Shown in pieces: positions 42,629 through 56,926 of a stretch of 64,000 nt of DNA (positions within the stretch are counted from its first letter, which is position 1; the number at the start of each line of letters is the position of its first letter). Source of the DNA: Octopus sinensis. Lineage: Eukaryota. The translations under genes and the position numbers were made by a program. The DNA is taken from NCBI RefSeq assembly GCF_006345805.1, contig NC_043000.1:58404001-58468000 (forward strand). Reading direction: 5' to 3'. A model generated the notes under the pieces. That model made no database searches and was not told the origin of the DNA. It saw only the letters and a list, made by a program, of their open reading frames with translations.

Positions 42629-45618
42629 GCACTGCATGGATATTGTCTATTTATATATATTTGTGTATTTTGGAATTTTATGTCCATTTTATATAGAATA
42701 TATGTATTTATATAAGTTTTGGATGCGTATTTCAATTATATTCTTTTAGACTTTGCCTGTGTTTCTTCCATAATAATATTATTTCGTATATGTGTGTGTG
42801 TATACAGATGTATATACACATATATCCATGCATATATATATAGACACACATATATATATGCATGTATATGTGTAATTGAGATAATAGTTTCAACATTAAT
42901 AATTTCACTATGTATATGTTATATACACGGTGAAAGGTATTCATAATGAAATTATTAAAACTGAAAGTATTATCTCACATTACAATAGGAATTTTATTTT
43001 TTCACTTTCAACACATAATACTGAAATAGTGTAAGAGATACGAGATTGTTCCGGGCTTGCATTAGGCAAGAAGTTGCTAATTTTTTTGGCTGATGACACT
43101 GAGTGAACCCTAAATAAAGCATGTTTAATACTTGAATGAAATCGGTTGGGTAGTTCTCGGGTTTTTTGTGATGCACGCATACATACAGACAAACAGACTC
43201 AGTTTGATATAAAGATAAGTATATATACATACACGTCTGCCTTCTTTTAGTTTCCTTCTGCCAAATCCATTCACAAAAATTTGCTCAGCCTAAAGCTATA
43301 ACAGAAAGTTGTTGCCCAAAATACTGTGCTTTGGAATTGAACTCATAACTATGTTGTTAGGAAGCTATGTTTGAATTGTGTTAATACAATCTGCAACAGA
43401 TTCATAAATCAACAAGTTTGCATGCTCTACAGAGTAGAACATTCCTTCAGTTATTGTTATATAAGAAACAAACTTTGCTGATTGTGTCTATGTATGATAG
43501 AGCTTGTTATTCAATCATATGTATACAATGTAAGTTGTAGATTTGCAGAATAACTTCAAGTTGTGAGATAATGATAGAATTATCTGATTTATTTTTGTTG
43601 TTTTCTTTGGTAACCCATTTAACCAAATAAATCTAGAAACTACTTAACAATCAGCAAGTTTAGCAGTATAGTACCAAAATCTTTCTTCCCTTTTCCTTTC
43701 CCATTTAATCTCTCCTCTATCTTTATCTTTGTGATTTTTTACCCTTTCTCTTTCTTTTCCCAATTTCTTTTGCCCTTTCTAACTCCTCTCATTTCTATTT
43801 ATAATAGTTACATTAAGTAGACAAAAGAAATTCAGTCTTTGCACAGCATCAGTGAATGAACATGTTTCAGTTATGATTCTTCAGACAATGGACCATTAGC
43901 TTATACATTCAAATGTTGTAACTGTTTTTACCACGAAAGTATGTCTTTAAAATATCTTCAGGATTTTTGTGATCAAAATAGGTTCCCATAGAATGTTTTT
44001 ATTCGATGAATTGGTGTACCTTTTTAAATGTAGTCTTCATCACAAAATTTTATTACTCTGTGTGTGTGTGTGACTGCAAAATATTAATTAGTGCATTGAT
44101 TTTTGTAGTTTTGTGATATCAGATAAAGAAACATTCTTGTCTTCATTTTCTATGGTGTTCAGAAGGAAGGGCAATACCCATAACTTTTATAGGGATTCTA
44201 AGATTCACAGAAGAAATCATGACTCATACGCTTCTCATACTGAATTATTCCCAGATTGAGGATCCGATCCAAATACTACACAATGGATTCTACTAAAGCC
44301 ATCCGAAGGCAACTAATTAGTATGCTTTTCCAAGTGTCAGCTCATCTATCTTTGAATTGTTATTTCCGGTATGTTGAGCTCTCTTCCTTTTCTATATGCC
44401 ATGCTACTTTATCATTTTTGAAAGAGAATCAGGGCTGATAACTTACAATGAATGTGATAAACTTATTCATCAGACTATTTATGCAACCTAGAATCAAATG
44501 AAATTGAAGTAGCTGGCCTATTTAGTGAAATGTTTCTAGCTTCATGAAAGTTAGGAAAACTGCCATTTACAAGTGTGAGGAAGGGGTGGAGACATGGTCT
44601 ACAAATTCAACTGACATTAAACTTGTGGGCTGCTTTGGCATAAAACAGGTGAATTATGGTTTCATTCAAACCTATGTGGATAATCTAATGGTGTGTAATT
44701 GGCAATTTTTTTTTATCATGGAATATCTATTAATCATCATCTTCACAAAATAACCTCATAAAGTAACTGAAACAACATTACCTTTTATTGTAACCTATTT
44801 TTATTAAATATAAATATGGGAACATCTTGTATAAACATTGACTATTTCAAAACAAAATGTCACCATCAAATTTTTGCAAATGTATTTTTCCCATTGACAT
44901 AGATTTGATGTATTTACAGCAACATTTGTCTCCAAAATTCTGAGTCATCTCTAAAGATAACTATCCTTCTTTGTATTATCCTACATGAATCCCAAATCCT
45001 TTGATTATTGTCTAATTTTCCCTCATTGCATAATTATTTTTTAATTAGTGTTTTGATGTTCCCTTCATTATATATGTTCATATTTAACTATTGTTTTTCA
45101 TGCAGATAACATTATCGAATAATCTATTCTCTGTAACAAATAGCTTGTTATACTAAGCAACCGTTAACAGTAACTCTTTGATAGTATTATTGTATACTTA
45201 CTTCATCACTGTAAACAGCAATGCAACCTTAGAATTGGTAAATAATTTCATTCACTTGTAGTGTTGTGATCAGAATCTTCCATGGATACAGCTTGTAATA
45301 TCATGCAGTCTGTTTAGTTGATTTATGTTCGGTACACAATGTATCTTTTATGGTGTACCAACAATTTGATAGATCGTTGGAGTTACCATTCTTCTAAATA
45401 AACCATTACACTTGAGGTAGAATTTTTATACTAAATTTTAGTAAACCAGTCAGAGTAATGTCCCTTGTCTCTTAGATTTGTTCATTTCAGAAGTTAAAGT
45501 CTTTAACTCTGATTTTTGTTTTAAACATTTTTAGGTACATTAGTAAAATGCCAGTTGATGCAGTTTTTGAAGATCAGATACCTATTTGTAATTTACATTG
45601 TTTTAATTTTCTTTTCAG

Positions 45619-45731
45619 TTCACCCTTCATGTATGGATTACTGCGAAGAACTTGCAACAAAGGCACGTAACTCTCCATGGCAATGTATAGAGTGCAAAAC
45701 TTGTTTTATATGTGACGATTCCGGAGATGGG
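45619..45731 (+). CDS. Coding exon 3 (end of PHD1, start of PHD2)
   Basis: Acceptor tttcttttcag|TT completes GTT (Val) with exon 2; VHPSCMDYCEELATKARNSPWQCIECKTCFICDDSGDG; donor GGG|GTAAGA, phase 0. Confidence 0.9.
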
Positions 45732-46054
45732 GTAAGATTATGTTTCTTACATTTAGAGAGAGAGAGAGAGATTGTCAAAAACAGAATCACTGAAAGAGGG
45801 AATCAAAGAAACCTAATAAGACTCGTTAGTATACAAAATAATTATAGACGAGCAGTTAGACTTGAGAAAGTCTTTCAGGAATAAACAGATATAAATACAG
45901 GCCATCAAGCATGGAGACAAACTGTCAAACCTGAAGATAGACAGAGATATATAGTCAGTGGCAGACAATCAGCTATACATAGGGGCTTAATCAGATACAG
46001 AAACAAAGCCAGTTATGTATGCTTGCACAACAGTATACACATGCAAATTATCCC

Positions 46055-46333
46055 AGCACCGCCCCGACTGGCTTCTGTGCAGGTGGCACATAAAAAGCAC
46101 CAACCGACCGTGGCCGATGCCAGACCCCTCTGGCACCTGTGCAGGTGGCACGTAAAAAGCACCCACTACACTCGCGGAGTGGTTGGCGTTAGGAAGGGCA
46201 TCCAGCTGTAGAAACACTGCCAGACCAGACTGGAGCCTGGGGCAGCCCCTGGCTCCCCAGACCCCGGTCGAACCCGTCCAACCCGTGCTAGCGCGGAAAA
46301 CGGACGTTAAACGATGATGATGATGATGATGAT
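46055..46333 (+). mobile_element. SINE family C, well-preserved copy
   Basis: ...gtggttggcgttaggaagggcatccagctgtagaaac...cggacgttaaac(gat)n tail. Confidence 0.8.
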
Positions 46334-46339
46334 ACATAA

Positions 46340-46510
46340 AGTACAAGGTTTAAAATTTTGTGGGAGGGGACTGGTACTTATTTCATCAGTCCAGTTAGGA
46401 TGAAAAGCAAAGTTGACCCCAGTGGCATTTGAACTTAGAACATAAAGATGAATAATATGCTGCTAAGCATTTTGCCCAGCATGATAAAGATTTTACCTGC
46501 TTGCTGCCTT
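46340..46510 (-). mobile_element. SINE family B (further minus copies at ~47600-47790, 47830-48060, 48190-48350, 49850-49997)
   Basis: Shared ctggtacttattt...ggatgaaa...gaatttgaact...ctaagcatttt block. Confidence 0.75.
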
Positions 46511-46769
46511 ATATAACAACTTGAATAATAATGACGATGATGATTATAATAATAATAATAATAATAATGATTATGATAATAATAATAATAATAATAATAG
46601 TGATAATAATAATGATTTCTTTATTAACCACAAAGGTTTACATTAAGAACAACATTATGGACAGCTCTGGACAAAACAAAGAATGTGTGTGTGAGTGTGT
46701 TGTTATGAGGATTTTGCATGCAAACAAGACTAACAAAATTTTTTTAAAAAAAACAGTGTGTGATCCTCA

Positions 46770-47580
46770 ATAGGGAGGAGATGTTCGAGTGCTGCTCATG
46801 GAAAAACCTCATAAAAAATCCATGGGTACCCTGACTTTTGGGGCAGGTGCCTTTTTCTTTCCTTTTTCCAGCTACAGGTACATGTTCAGGGGAAGCCCGT
46901 TCACTCATACCATTCTCGCAACTTTCATTTACCTTTCAGCAAACTGGCTAAGAGACAACTTCCCTCTCTACTCTTATTTTCCATTTCAAGTGAAACTTGA
47001 AGAAGTTGATCAGGGATTGGCCAAAGAGAAAAGTGTCTGTCTTCAGACCCTTCAATCTCATCCACCATACAACCTCTTTCACCATGGCCATCAGGCATAT
47101 AAAAACAGCCTTTCCTTCCCAGTTAAAGGAAGGCAGTGGGGTGATTTTCACGATGGATTCAGTTGACAGCCAGATCTGTTGCATGTGTGACATAAACCCA
47201 CAGGTCAGCAATACTTGGGCACTGGACAAGTGCGTGCAGGACCGTCTCATCGTCCTCCATGCATCTTGGACATGCTCAGCTGATGGCACTTCCATGCCTG
47301 TAAAGTTTATCTTGAATAGGAAAAGTTCACTGGTAGCACTGTCAGGCCAGAGATTTTTGGAAATTATCCATCAGTCCCTGCCCAAAAGTTCTCTAGAAAA
47401 GAGCAACTAACTGATCTTCTTCGACAACCAGGGTCTCCCTAAGAATGTTGTCACACTTTTCCTCCACTAAACCTCTATAAAGAGCTAAAGTGGACGTTCC
47501 ACCTATTGCATTGTCTGATTGGCTGAGCTTTGACAAATATTGCAGCACATTTTCCTTATACTTTAGTGACTCTGCCAATT
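46770..47580 (-). mobile_element. L1/Tx1-like LINE ORF2 C-terminal fragment
   Basis: Minus strand: DNFQKSLA*QCYQ..QDKLYRHG, KEVVWWMRLKGL, GQSLINFFKFHLKWKIRVER, resembling Tx1 zf-RVT-region tails (recalled). Confidence 0.55.
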
Positions 47581-48359
47581 CCCCATAATAATAATAATTA
47601 TCATAGTTTCAAACTTTTGGTACAGGGCCAGCAAGCTCATGTTGGTTACATCAACCCCAGTGCTCAAATGGTACTTGATTTATTACACTGAAAGTCAAAA
47701 CCAACCTCAGCAGAATTTAAACTCAGAATGTAAACATGGATGAAATGCTGCTAAGCACTTTACCCAGCATGCTAACCATTCTACCAGTTTTCTGCCATAA
47801 TGATAATAATGATGATGATGATAATATTAATGATAATAAAGGGTTATGATTTAGGTAGAACAAGCAATTTCGAGGGGGTGAGAATTGGTTGATTCTATTG
47901 ACTCTAGTACTTAACTGGTACTTTATTTTATTGACCCAGATGGGTGGGGAAAACCAAAGTTGACCTTGGCAGCATTTGAACTCAAAATGTAAAGTACCAA
48001 ACAAATGCTGTATGGCATTTTACTGATGTGCTAATGATGGTGCTAGATCACTGCCTCAATAATAATTATAATAATTATGATAATAATAATAATAATAATA
48101 ATAAAAATTAATAAAAATGATAAATGTTACTAAGAATTTTACCTGGTGTGCTAATGGTTTTGCCAGTTCTCTGCCTTAACAATGATAATAATCCTTTTTA
48201 CTATAGGCACAAGACCTGAAATTTTGGGGGAGGGGCTAGGTGATCCCATCATCCCCAGTATTCAACTGATACTTATTTCATCGACCTTGGCAGAATTTGA
48301 ACTTGAAATGTGAAAACAGACGAAATGCCACTAAGCATTTAACCCGGTGTGCTCACTAA

Positions 48360-48740
48360 CTTAACGATAATAATAAGAAGAACACTCAGATAGTGAAAAC
48401 CTCCACCAAAGCAACACCAACTTCATCTCAACGATTAGCCAGAGATGATTTTTAAAATGAGAATATCTGAAATAAACTCGACTGCTCTCACAAACAAGAA
48501 TACTAAAAATAAACCCGACCGCACTCAGAATTAAGTAAAAAAAAAACTCAGAATCCTTGTCCGGTGCCAGATCGATCCCCAAATCTAATCAGTTCATGCC
48601 AGTCATGAGGCCAAACATCCCTGAAAGTTTCATCCGAATCCATCCAGCAGTTTTTGAGATATCTTGTCCATGGACAAACAAACAATCAAATGCAACTGCA
48701 AACAATACCTCTGCCTTTGTTAAGATGGAAGCAATGATAG
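48360..48740 (+). mobile_element. Short non-autonomous DNA element (possibly Helentron-associated)
   Basis: acactcagatagtgaaaacctccaccaaagc...aagtttcatccgaatccatccagcagtttttgagatatc...acaaacaaac...aatacctctgcc, a pattern recalled from aquatic-animal repeats. Confidence 0.4.
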
Positions 48741-49997
48741 ATACAAAGCCAGTAATTTTTTGTGGAAAGGTAGGGTAATACCATTAACTGTAGTACTTGT
48801 CTGGTTCTTTATCCCATTGATTTCAGATATGTGAAAGGCAATGGTTTCTGATTTAGGTATAAGGCCAACAATTTTTGAAGGGAGGAGGCAAACCTATTTC
48901 ATCAGCCTGAGCTGACTAAACTCTTGACAGTGGATTTGATAGATTGAAACCAAAAAAGTCTGTGTGTATACATGTGCTTGTGCATGGGAATGTGTGTACA
49001 GAATCTTTAGGCAAATTATAACTGAAAATTGATGGGATTTGCTCATCTATATATTGGTTTCTTGTCATAGGGTGTTATGGTAGTAGAGAGAAAATATGAC
49101 AAAGGGGGAGAAAAGGGAACAAAAGGAAAAAAAGGGAGTAAGAAGAGAGTGACAACTGAAATTCAGAATAGCCAAATAAAATGTTATTAATCTCTACTAT
49201 GTTATTGAGTACTCTTTTTTCCAACATGAAATGGTTATGTGTATATGCATATATTTTTTGTTTGTTTGTATGTATGTATGTATGTATGTATGTACGTACG
49301 TACGTATGTATGTATGTATGTACGTATGTACGTATGTATGTCTGTACGTATGTATGTATGTATGTACGTATGTATGTACGTACGAACGAATGAGGCTTTG
49401 AAATGGTGCATCCTTGAGAAAAATGGATTTGATTTTCAAAATCTGTATCCCAACAACAAAGTTATCAATTATAATTAATGTTAATGATCATAATCATTGT
49501 TTAACGTCTGCTTTCCATGTTGGCATTAGTTGGACACGTCGACATGGAGCTGTCCAGACTCCAACTGTTGTGGCATGGTTTCTATGGCTGAATGCCTTTC
49601 CTAATGCCAACCACTTAACAGAATGTGCTGGGTGCTTCTGATATGGCACTGGCACATTTACACAGCACCAGCATGGGTGTGTTAACGCAGCACCAGCACA
49701 GGTGCTTTTTAAATGGCACAGCACCTGAAAGGACAAGCCTGTATGTATGTAAGACAGCAATTTTATTTAGCTTGATGTCTCTTATCAAATACAGCAAATT
49801 GTCACATCTCCCAGTTCCTTGTTATTTCCTCAGTGAGGCCCAAATTTTTGGGGTGGGACCCAGTCGACCCCAGTAATAAACTGGTACTTAATTTATCAAT
49901 CCCGAAAGGATGAAAGGCAAAGTCAGCCTCAGCGGAATTTGAACTCAGAAGACAGCATTTCGCCCGGCATACTAACATTTCTGCCAGCTCGCTGCCT

Positions 49998-50031
<34 letters not shown>

Positions 50032-50057
50032 ATATATATTATATATATATATATATA

Positions 50058-50111
<54 letters not shown>

Positions 50112-51290
50112 CATACTTGGAAAAGAATGTGTGGCATACGATCATATAATAATATATAAATATATGCATATATACATGCATATATGTACATACCTACATA
50201 TATATATCTCTACACATGCATATTTGGGTACAGGACATGAAAAAAACGTGGACAGAATGAGAAATAAGAACATAAAAAACAAAACTTTTTCGAACTTTTT
50301 TTCGAACAACGAAAAAACAATCAGAGAAATGAGACATGCAACGTAAAGAACATTCCCTTCACCAGTTGTCCCCTGTTTTATCTACTCTGCGTTTCGAAGG
50401 TAAGGACAAGACATGATTTCGTTAAAACAGTCCTTCCCGCAAAGCAAATTAAATAAAATTTGGGATTTTCTGCGGAGGGTGAAAGTGGTAACAAAAACAG
50501 GACAGTGAGAACAAAACAGTAAAAACAAACGGTGAGGGCTGTTAAGCCAAGATGATGTGAAGTGGTGAACGCTAGAAAAACGAGCTTTGAGAAGAGACAG
50601 ATAAAAGCACGTCTTGTCTTTAGGAAGGAAGTGGAAAAGAGAGAGAATGGCAGTTAGTTACGTATGTCTGTGTATTTACGTGCATATTTCCATGTATTTA
50701 TATACGTGATCTTATATATGTATTTATATATTGATATGCACTTTTGTATATACATATATATGTAATTTTATTGTGTGTATGTTTGTTACATATATCCCAT
50801 CACCTTTCTTTCTTCTTATGCAAAGTATCCTTACTCTCCCTATTCGTTACTTTGATAGCATCCTTAAATAATGCATTCCTCTTCTCCCCCACTTACCTCT
50901 TTCTTTCACTAGCTGTTATGTTTAGGTTCCTTCTTTTTCTTTTTCTTTCCGCCTCCCTACATTTAAGATATACTTCCCATCTATCTTGTCTGTTATAACT
51001 GACTCCTATATGTATACATCAACAGATTTTCGTACGCGGGCATGGTTGCATACATATATGTACATATGTATATGTGTATTTGTGCATATATTTATATTTT
51101 CCATATATATGCCTGTATATGTATGTAGCTATGTGCATGCATGTGTGTATTTTGATGTATATATGTATATTATAGATGGTCTTGTATGGGTATACACTTT
51201 TGTAAAATATATATGTAATGCAGCGCGAAAATTTTAATTTTAAATGTATTAATTGAATTATATTTCATATATAATTATTTACAATATTTA

Positions 51291-51419
51291 CCAACCACAT
51301 GGTTCCGGGTTCAGTCCCACTGCATGGCATCTTGGGCAAGTGTCTTCTGCTATAGCCTCGGGCCGACCAATGCCTTGTGAGTGGATTTGGTAGACGGAAA
51401 CTGAAAGAAGCCTGTCGTA

Positions 51420-51488
<69 letters not shown>

Positions 51489-51690
51489 GTGTGTCTGTGT
51501 TTGTCCCCCTAGCATTGCTTGACAACCGATGCTGGTGTGTTTATGTCCCCGTCACTTAGCGGTTCGGCAAAAGAGACTGATAGAATAAGTACTGGGCTTA
51601 CAAAGAATAAGTCCCAGGCTCAATTTGCTCAACTAAAGGCGGTGGTCCAGCATGGCCGCAGTCAAATGACTGAAACGAGTAAAAGAGTAA
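51291..51690 (+). mobile_element. SINE family A, 5'-clipped
   Basis: ccaaccacatggttccgggttcagtcccactg...gtcaaatgactgaaacgagtaaaag. Confidence 0.85.
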
Positions 51691-51729
51691 TATGTATTTT
51701 GAATCCGCTCTTCAATTTTATAATAGGAT

Positions 51730-53530
51730 GAATTTATATTGCATGCTTAAGGCCGTTAATTGAAAGGACACATTTGTAGCATATGGCTTGCATTACAGGC
51801 ATGAATTGTTGAAGTTTCATGCCGATGTCCGGTGAGGAGAGACATTTAGACCAGTTTTGTTTGAGGATCTCTTTCTTAATTTGTTTCCATCTTGCCTTAT
51901 GGAAGTTCAAGCTGGAATGATTTTGTAAGTTTTCTGTAGGCTGCATGTCCATGGTTTCCTATGGTCCGTACATGGTCAGCACTAATATATTGTGATCCAA
52001 GAGTAGCATCGGTGTCACTTTCACATTATGGATGAGATCCATATTATTTGTGAAGTAGAGATCCAGTATGTTACCTGCCCTGGTTGGTTGGAGTACTATC
52101 TGTTCCACGTACAAAAGGTTGATGAGGTTCAGGAGGGACTTCACCTGTCCTTGTTCACATCATGCCATTCCTGGGAGAAAGGCCCTTGGGCCATCTGACA
52201 TTGGGCAGATGGAAGTCTCCCATAAGAAGTACACTTCTGTGTTGTTCTAATGTAACTAGAACTTCTTCTATTTTTGTAAGGCAGTCTTCAAACTTCCCTA
52301 CATGATTTGGAGCATCTGGAGGGTGATACGTAGCACATATAACTACATCAAGTTGTCTTATATGTACAATTAGTGTGTCACATACTGAATTTTAGCGTGG
52401 AAAAAGGGTATGAGGTCTTCGCAGATGTACATAGCAACTCCACCATGATTCCTTTCTTTTCTGTCGGTCCGTAATACAACATACTGTGCTACTTGTATTT
52501 CCGCATCTGCTATGTCCGGTTTCAGGTGTGTTTCCGTAAGTGCTGTGCATAAGGCTTGATTGCATGCAATAAGGTCTCTCAAGAAAGGGATTTTTGTCCT
52601 GTTACTAAGTATTAACAGTCCTCTGATGTTCAGTAAGAGCACCAATGTGATGTGTGTGTTGTTGCCAGTGGTACCCACCTTGGGTCTATTTGCTGTGGTA
52701 GTCTTGTGTATTGGGGATAGTCCCATCTGTGAGATTGATGTAGCCAGGTCAGCTGCTGTACAATCTTTTGTGCCATGCACAAAAAAGATTGTTGTTCAGC
52801 AGCTGCCCTTTCAACAACATGTTGATAAGTCTGGTTTGTAACACGCACTACATCTGCATACCTCCATTTTGGGGCAGGTCCTTTCCTTTTGGCAGGTGGT
52901 TTCCACCCTGTTTCATGTTTATGTGGTGGTCTTTGGTGTGCAAAACGGCAGCTTTCACCTCCCTCCCCATGCCAGCAGACACCTTTCAAGTAGAATTTGC
53001 ACATTCGTATGTGCTGTCTCTTTTTATCCTTTTTGTTATATGGGTAGTTAGGTTTGCTTCTTTCTTTTGGCTGTTTCATCTTTTATTTTTGTTTTAGTTT
53101 TTGCTTCTTTTAGTTGTTCTTTCTTGGCTCTTTCACCTTCACAGATTTTCGCTTTGATGGTGGTAGCAGCACTTGCATTTGGGTTTACTTTCCAGACAGG
53201 TTTTTCGCTTGAATCTTCTTTGTTTTCTTGAGTGTCTACCAAGTGGGGGTGACATCTTTCATCTGCATCCATGCATCCATCCTTGTCATCTTTGCTGTGT
53301 TCATTATCAAGGATGGTATCAAGAGTGCTGATATGGAATTGTATGAGAGCATAGGAGCGTGTAAACTCCTACTTCTTTCGTTCTATCTGTGCTAAGGTTC
53401 TGGTGTAACCATTGCTCTTCAGCACAGCTGTGATTATATTGTCTGGGTTATCTCCTTCAGCACAGTAACAACCTGTCAAAAACATTGCCAATTCCATGCT
53501 CCTCCAGTTTCTAGACGTTTTTATGGAATT
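51730..53530 (-). mobile_element. CR1/L2-like LINE 5' half: ORF1 with CCCH zinc finger + AP endonuclease
   Basis: CKFYLKGVCWHGEGGESCRFAH; LLNIRGL, LTETHLKPDI, RTDRKERNHGGVAMYI, QIVLQPTRAGNILDLYFTN, LLDHNIL. Confidence 0.8.
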
Positions 53531-53899
53531 TTTATTTATTTATCTATTTGTTTTTTAAAATTTAACAGTATGGTGGAGGGTAGTGAAGAAATAGAGAAAA
53601 GAGAGTGTCTATATATTTAGAGAGATTGAGAGGCTGAGAGAAGAGAGGAAGAGAGTGAGAGAGAGAGAGAGAATGTTTGTATCTATGTATTTAGGAAGAT
53701 TGAGAGGTTGAGAGAAGAAAGATGGTGAAGAGACAGAAAAGAGGCATGATGGAGAGAAGTGAAGAGACAGAAAGAGAGAGAGAGAGGGAGTTTGTATTTA
53801 TAATAGAGGTTGAAGGTCTGAGAGAAGAAAGACTGTATTAGAGAAAAGTTTATCTAATTTTTCTGTGTTAATTGTAAACAAGGGAAAAATACACACATT

Positions 53900-56600
53900 T
53901 TTTTATATATAATTCAACCAGGTTTCCATATTGCCTGCTAATAAAATAGTTACCACATACGGAGTTATTTAATATAAATGCATCTCTTTCCTTAAGCAAC
54001 TTGTTAATAAGACAAATTCCTTCATTAACCATATCAGATGGCTCAACTTTTTCTTCAACAACAAGGACATTCAACAGCCTACTAATGATATAACCTCTGA
54101 ATTTAAGAAATTATTTAAATCTAAAAACAATCCACCACCTAGCCCAAGATTGAAACAGTTTGAAGCTGATCTCTGGTCTATTGTGAGAAATGTAAAATTT
54201 CACCCATCACCACTAAGTAATAAACATATGAGGTATCTTCACAATATCACCAAGGAAATTAATACCATGGATAGTATGCTGGTTCAGTCAGATAAAACGG
54301 GAAACCTGTACAAACTTACCAAGGACTATTACTTAGAACTACTTAAAAAAGAAATTCAAAAAACTATAGGATTACTGGTAAAGGTGCACTCAGGAAAGCC
54401 AACCTTGAGGCTAAGAAAATTATGGAGAGGTATAACTTACAGATGAAGACAGAACCACTTCATCCTAAGCAGCCTCGTTTTATTTTGAAAGATCATAAAC
54501 AAAATTTTTTTAATAACCCATCCTTAAGACTTAGTGGCTGTGTGGTAAGTAGCTTGCTTACGAACCACATGATTCCGGGTTCAGTCCCATTGCATGGCGC
54601 CTTGGGCAGGTGTCTTCTACTATAGCCTCAGGCTGACCAAAGCCTTGTAAGTGGATTTGGTAGATGGAAACTGAAAGAAGCCCATCGTATATGTATATAT
54701 ACATATATGTGTGTCTGTGTTTGTCCTCCCCCCCAACATCGCTTGACAACCGATACTGGTGTGTTTACGTCCCCATAAACTTAGTGGTTCGGCAAAAGAG
54801 ACTGATAGAATAAGTACTAGGATTTCAAAGAATAAGTCCTGGGGTCAATTTGCTTGACTAAAGGCGGTGGTCCAGCATGGCCACAGTCAAATGACTGAAA
54901 CAAGTAAAAGAGTCCTTCTAGCTCTGACATTGGTGTACTTAGTAAAAATATTCTAGATAAATATATTCCTACCTTAGTTAAAAAATTAAAGCTTAGTTTA
55001 TGGTCTAATTCATTCCAAGTCATCAACTGGTTTAGTTTTATTACTGATAAGAATAGCACTAAGTTTATCCAGTTTGACATTTCTAGTTTTTATTCCTCCA
55101 TCAACCCGATAGTATTAAATAAAGCTCTTTGGCTTGCTCATAACAAAGCTGGTCTCACCAGGGAAAAATTAATGTTGTGTTGGCAGCCAGAAAAATATAT
55201 CATAAAGTTTGACAATAAGATGTGGGTCCATAAAGACTCACCCGATGGTTTTGATGTTAGGATGGAAAGTTCTGATTCAGCTCAAGTAGCTGATTTGGTC
55301 TGTATATATATAATTTATGAAATGGCAGACCAGTTCCCAAGCATCAGTGGAGGTCTATATCATGATGATTGTTTACTTTACCTGCAAAATGTTTCTGACC
55401 AAAAAGTACAAAAGGTTAAGAATAGTTTAGTTAAGTTTTGCTGTAGAATGGGCTTAGGCATCGTTTTTGATGATGATGTAACAAATACCAACTTTTTAGA
55501 TATTTCACTTAACTTACACAATAATTTATACTTCCCATACCACAAACCATCAACCAATCTTAAGTATATTAGTAAATTCAGTTATCATTCTAGGGCAATC
55601 ACTAAGAACTTAGTTAAGAATATTTAATTTAGATTGTCTAAGTTATCAGCTAATGTTGACATTTTCAATGACAAGGCTGAATTTTATAACTCTGCCTTTA
55701 AAGCAGGTTATACAGATAAAGTTACCTACATTAATTCCATTCAATCTTATTCTACCTTTAGTAGACATGAAATCTAGTTGTAAGGATATAATCGATATCA
55801 ATTTTAATTTATATGCCAACACCAAACAGAGGAAGGGAGTTAACCCTTATTTAAGCATCTTTTTTCATTCTAAAGGTAAGTTGATGTCTTTTAAAGATAG
55901 TTGCACTAAAAATAAGGCAACTAATAGCAAAACTATTTGGTTGATTATTCCTTTTGGGAGGCAAATTAAGTCTAATTTTCCTTTCCAGTTTCAGGAAGCT
56001 ATTATTAGGAATTTTCCAAAGAATTCTTGGTATTACTCTATTATCAACTCGCACATGGTTAGGATTGGTTTTACCAACACAAAAAATCTGTTAGAAATTA
56101 TCTCCTCACATAATGTTAGTCTGTTAAATAAGAATCAATTGACTAATACTAACATTAATTTAGCTAATACCATCCATCCCACTAGAAATATTAATAACAA
56201 GGTTATTGTCTCTGAAGTCAATTCCAACAGAATTAAGTTTATGTCTCGTAATTCAGGTACCGATGTCTTTTTTTATATAGGTAGTTCTTCTCAGTTATCT
56301 AAAAGAATTTCTAATCATTACTCTACATTTAGGGATAGTAATAAACATAACAGTACGTTAGTAAGTTAATTTGGTATCTAAAAGACCATAATAAACAATT
56401 TAATTTAGATTGGTTGATTCTCTCCATTTCATTCCCTTATGATAAAGGCAAGGAATTTTGTCATCTCTAATTGTGAACTATTTTTTATTCTTTTTTTCTA
56501 AAAATCCCCTTGTAAACATGGTTATAGAGCATGCTTATACATACCTTTAGTTCATAAAGTAAAAATATGGTATATACTGGTACCAAGTCATCTTTGATTA
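53900..56600 (+). mobile_element. Near-complete degenerate Penelope-like element (RT + GIY-YIG)
   Basis: FEADLWSIVRNVKF, VQSDKTGNLY, GFDVRMESSDSAQVADLV, GLYHDD, FLDISLNL..PYHKP, FYIGSSSQLSKRISNHYSTF, LIWYLKD..DWLIL; multiple frameshifts. Confidence 0.85.
54533..54911 (+). mobile_element. SINE family A nested in the Penelope RT
   Basis: Interrupts the reading ...FFNNPSLRL / PSSSDIGVLSKNILDK. Confidence 0.85.
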
Positions 56601-56926
56601 CAAATGATAGTGAAGAGGAGAGTCGCCCCCCCACCCTGTTGTTGTATGAATAAATATGTAATCTTTTGTTTGTTTTCCTCTTTGTATCTCTCTTTCTCTA
56701 ACACAAAGGTATTTCTCCCCCCCCCCCCCCTCTCTCTCTCTCTCTCTCTACTTTACCTCCATCCCTCAACTTCACACAAAATATAAAACCTACTTTTTCT
56801 TCTTTTCCATTTCATTTCTGTAAATATTTGTTGGGTTTTTTTCCCCTTGTTACTGTTCTCTCACACAATCAACATAAGGATATATAGGAGTGGGTGAGAT
56901 CCAACTATCTTCAGTGTTATTTATAG

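Noticed and set aside
50355-50420. GAAACGC...CUGGUGA, possible type II hammerhead (minus strand)
   Set aside because: Stems I and II do not pair in register.
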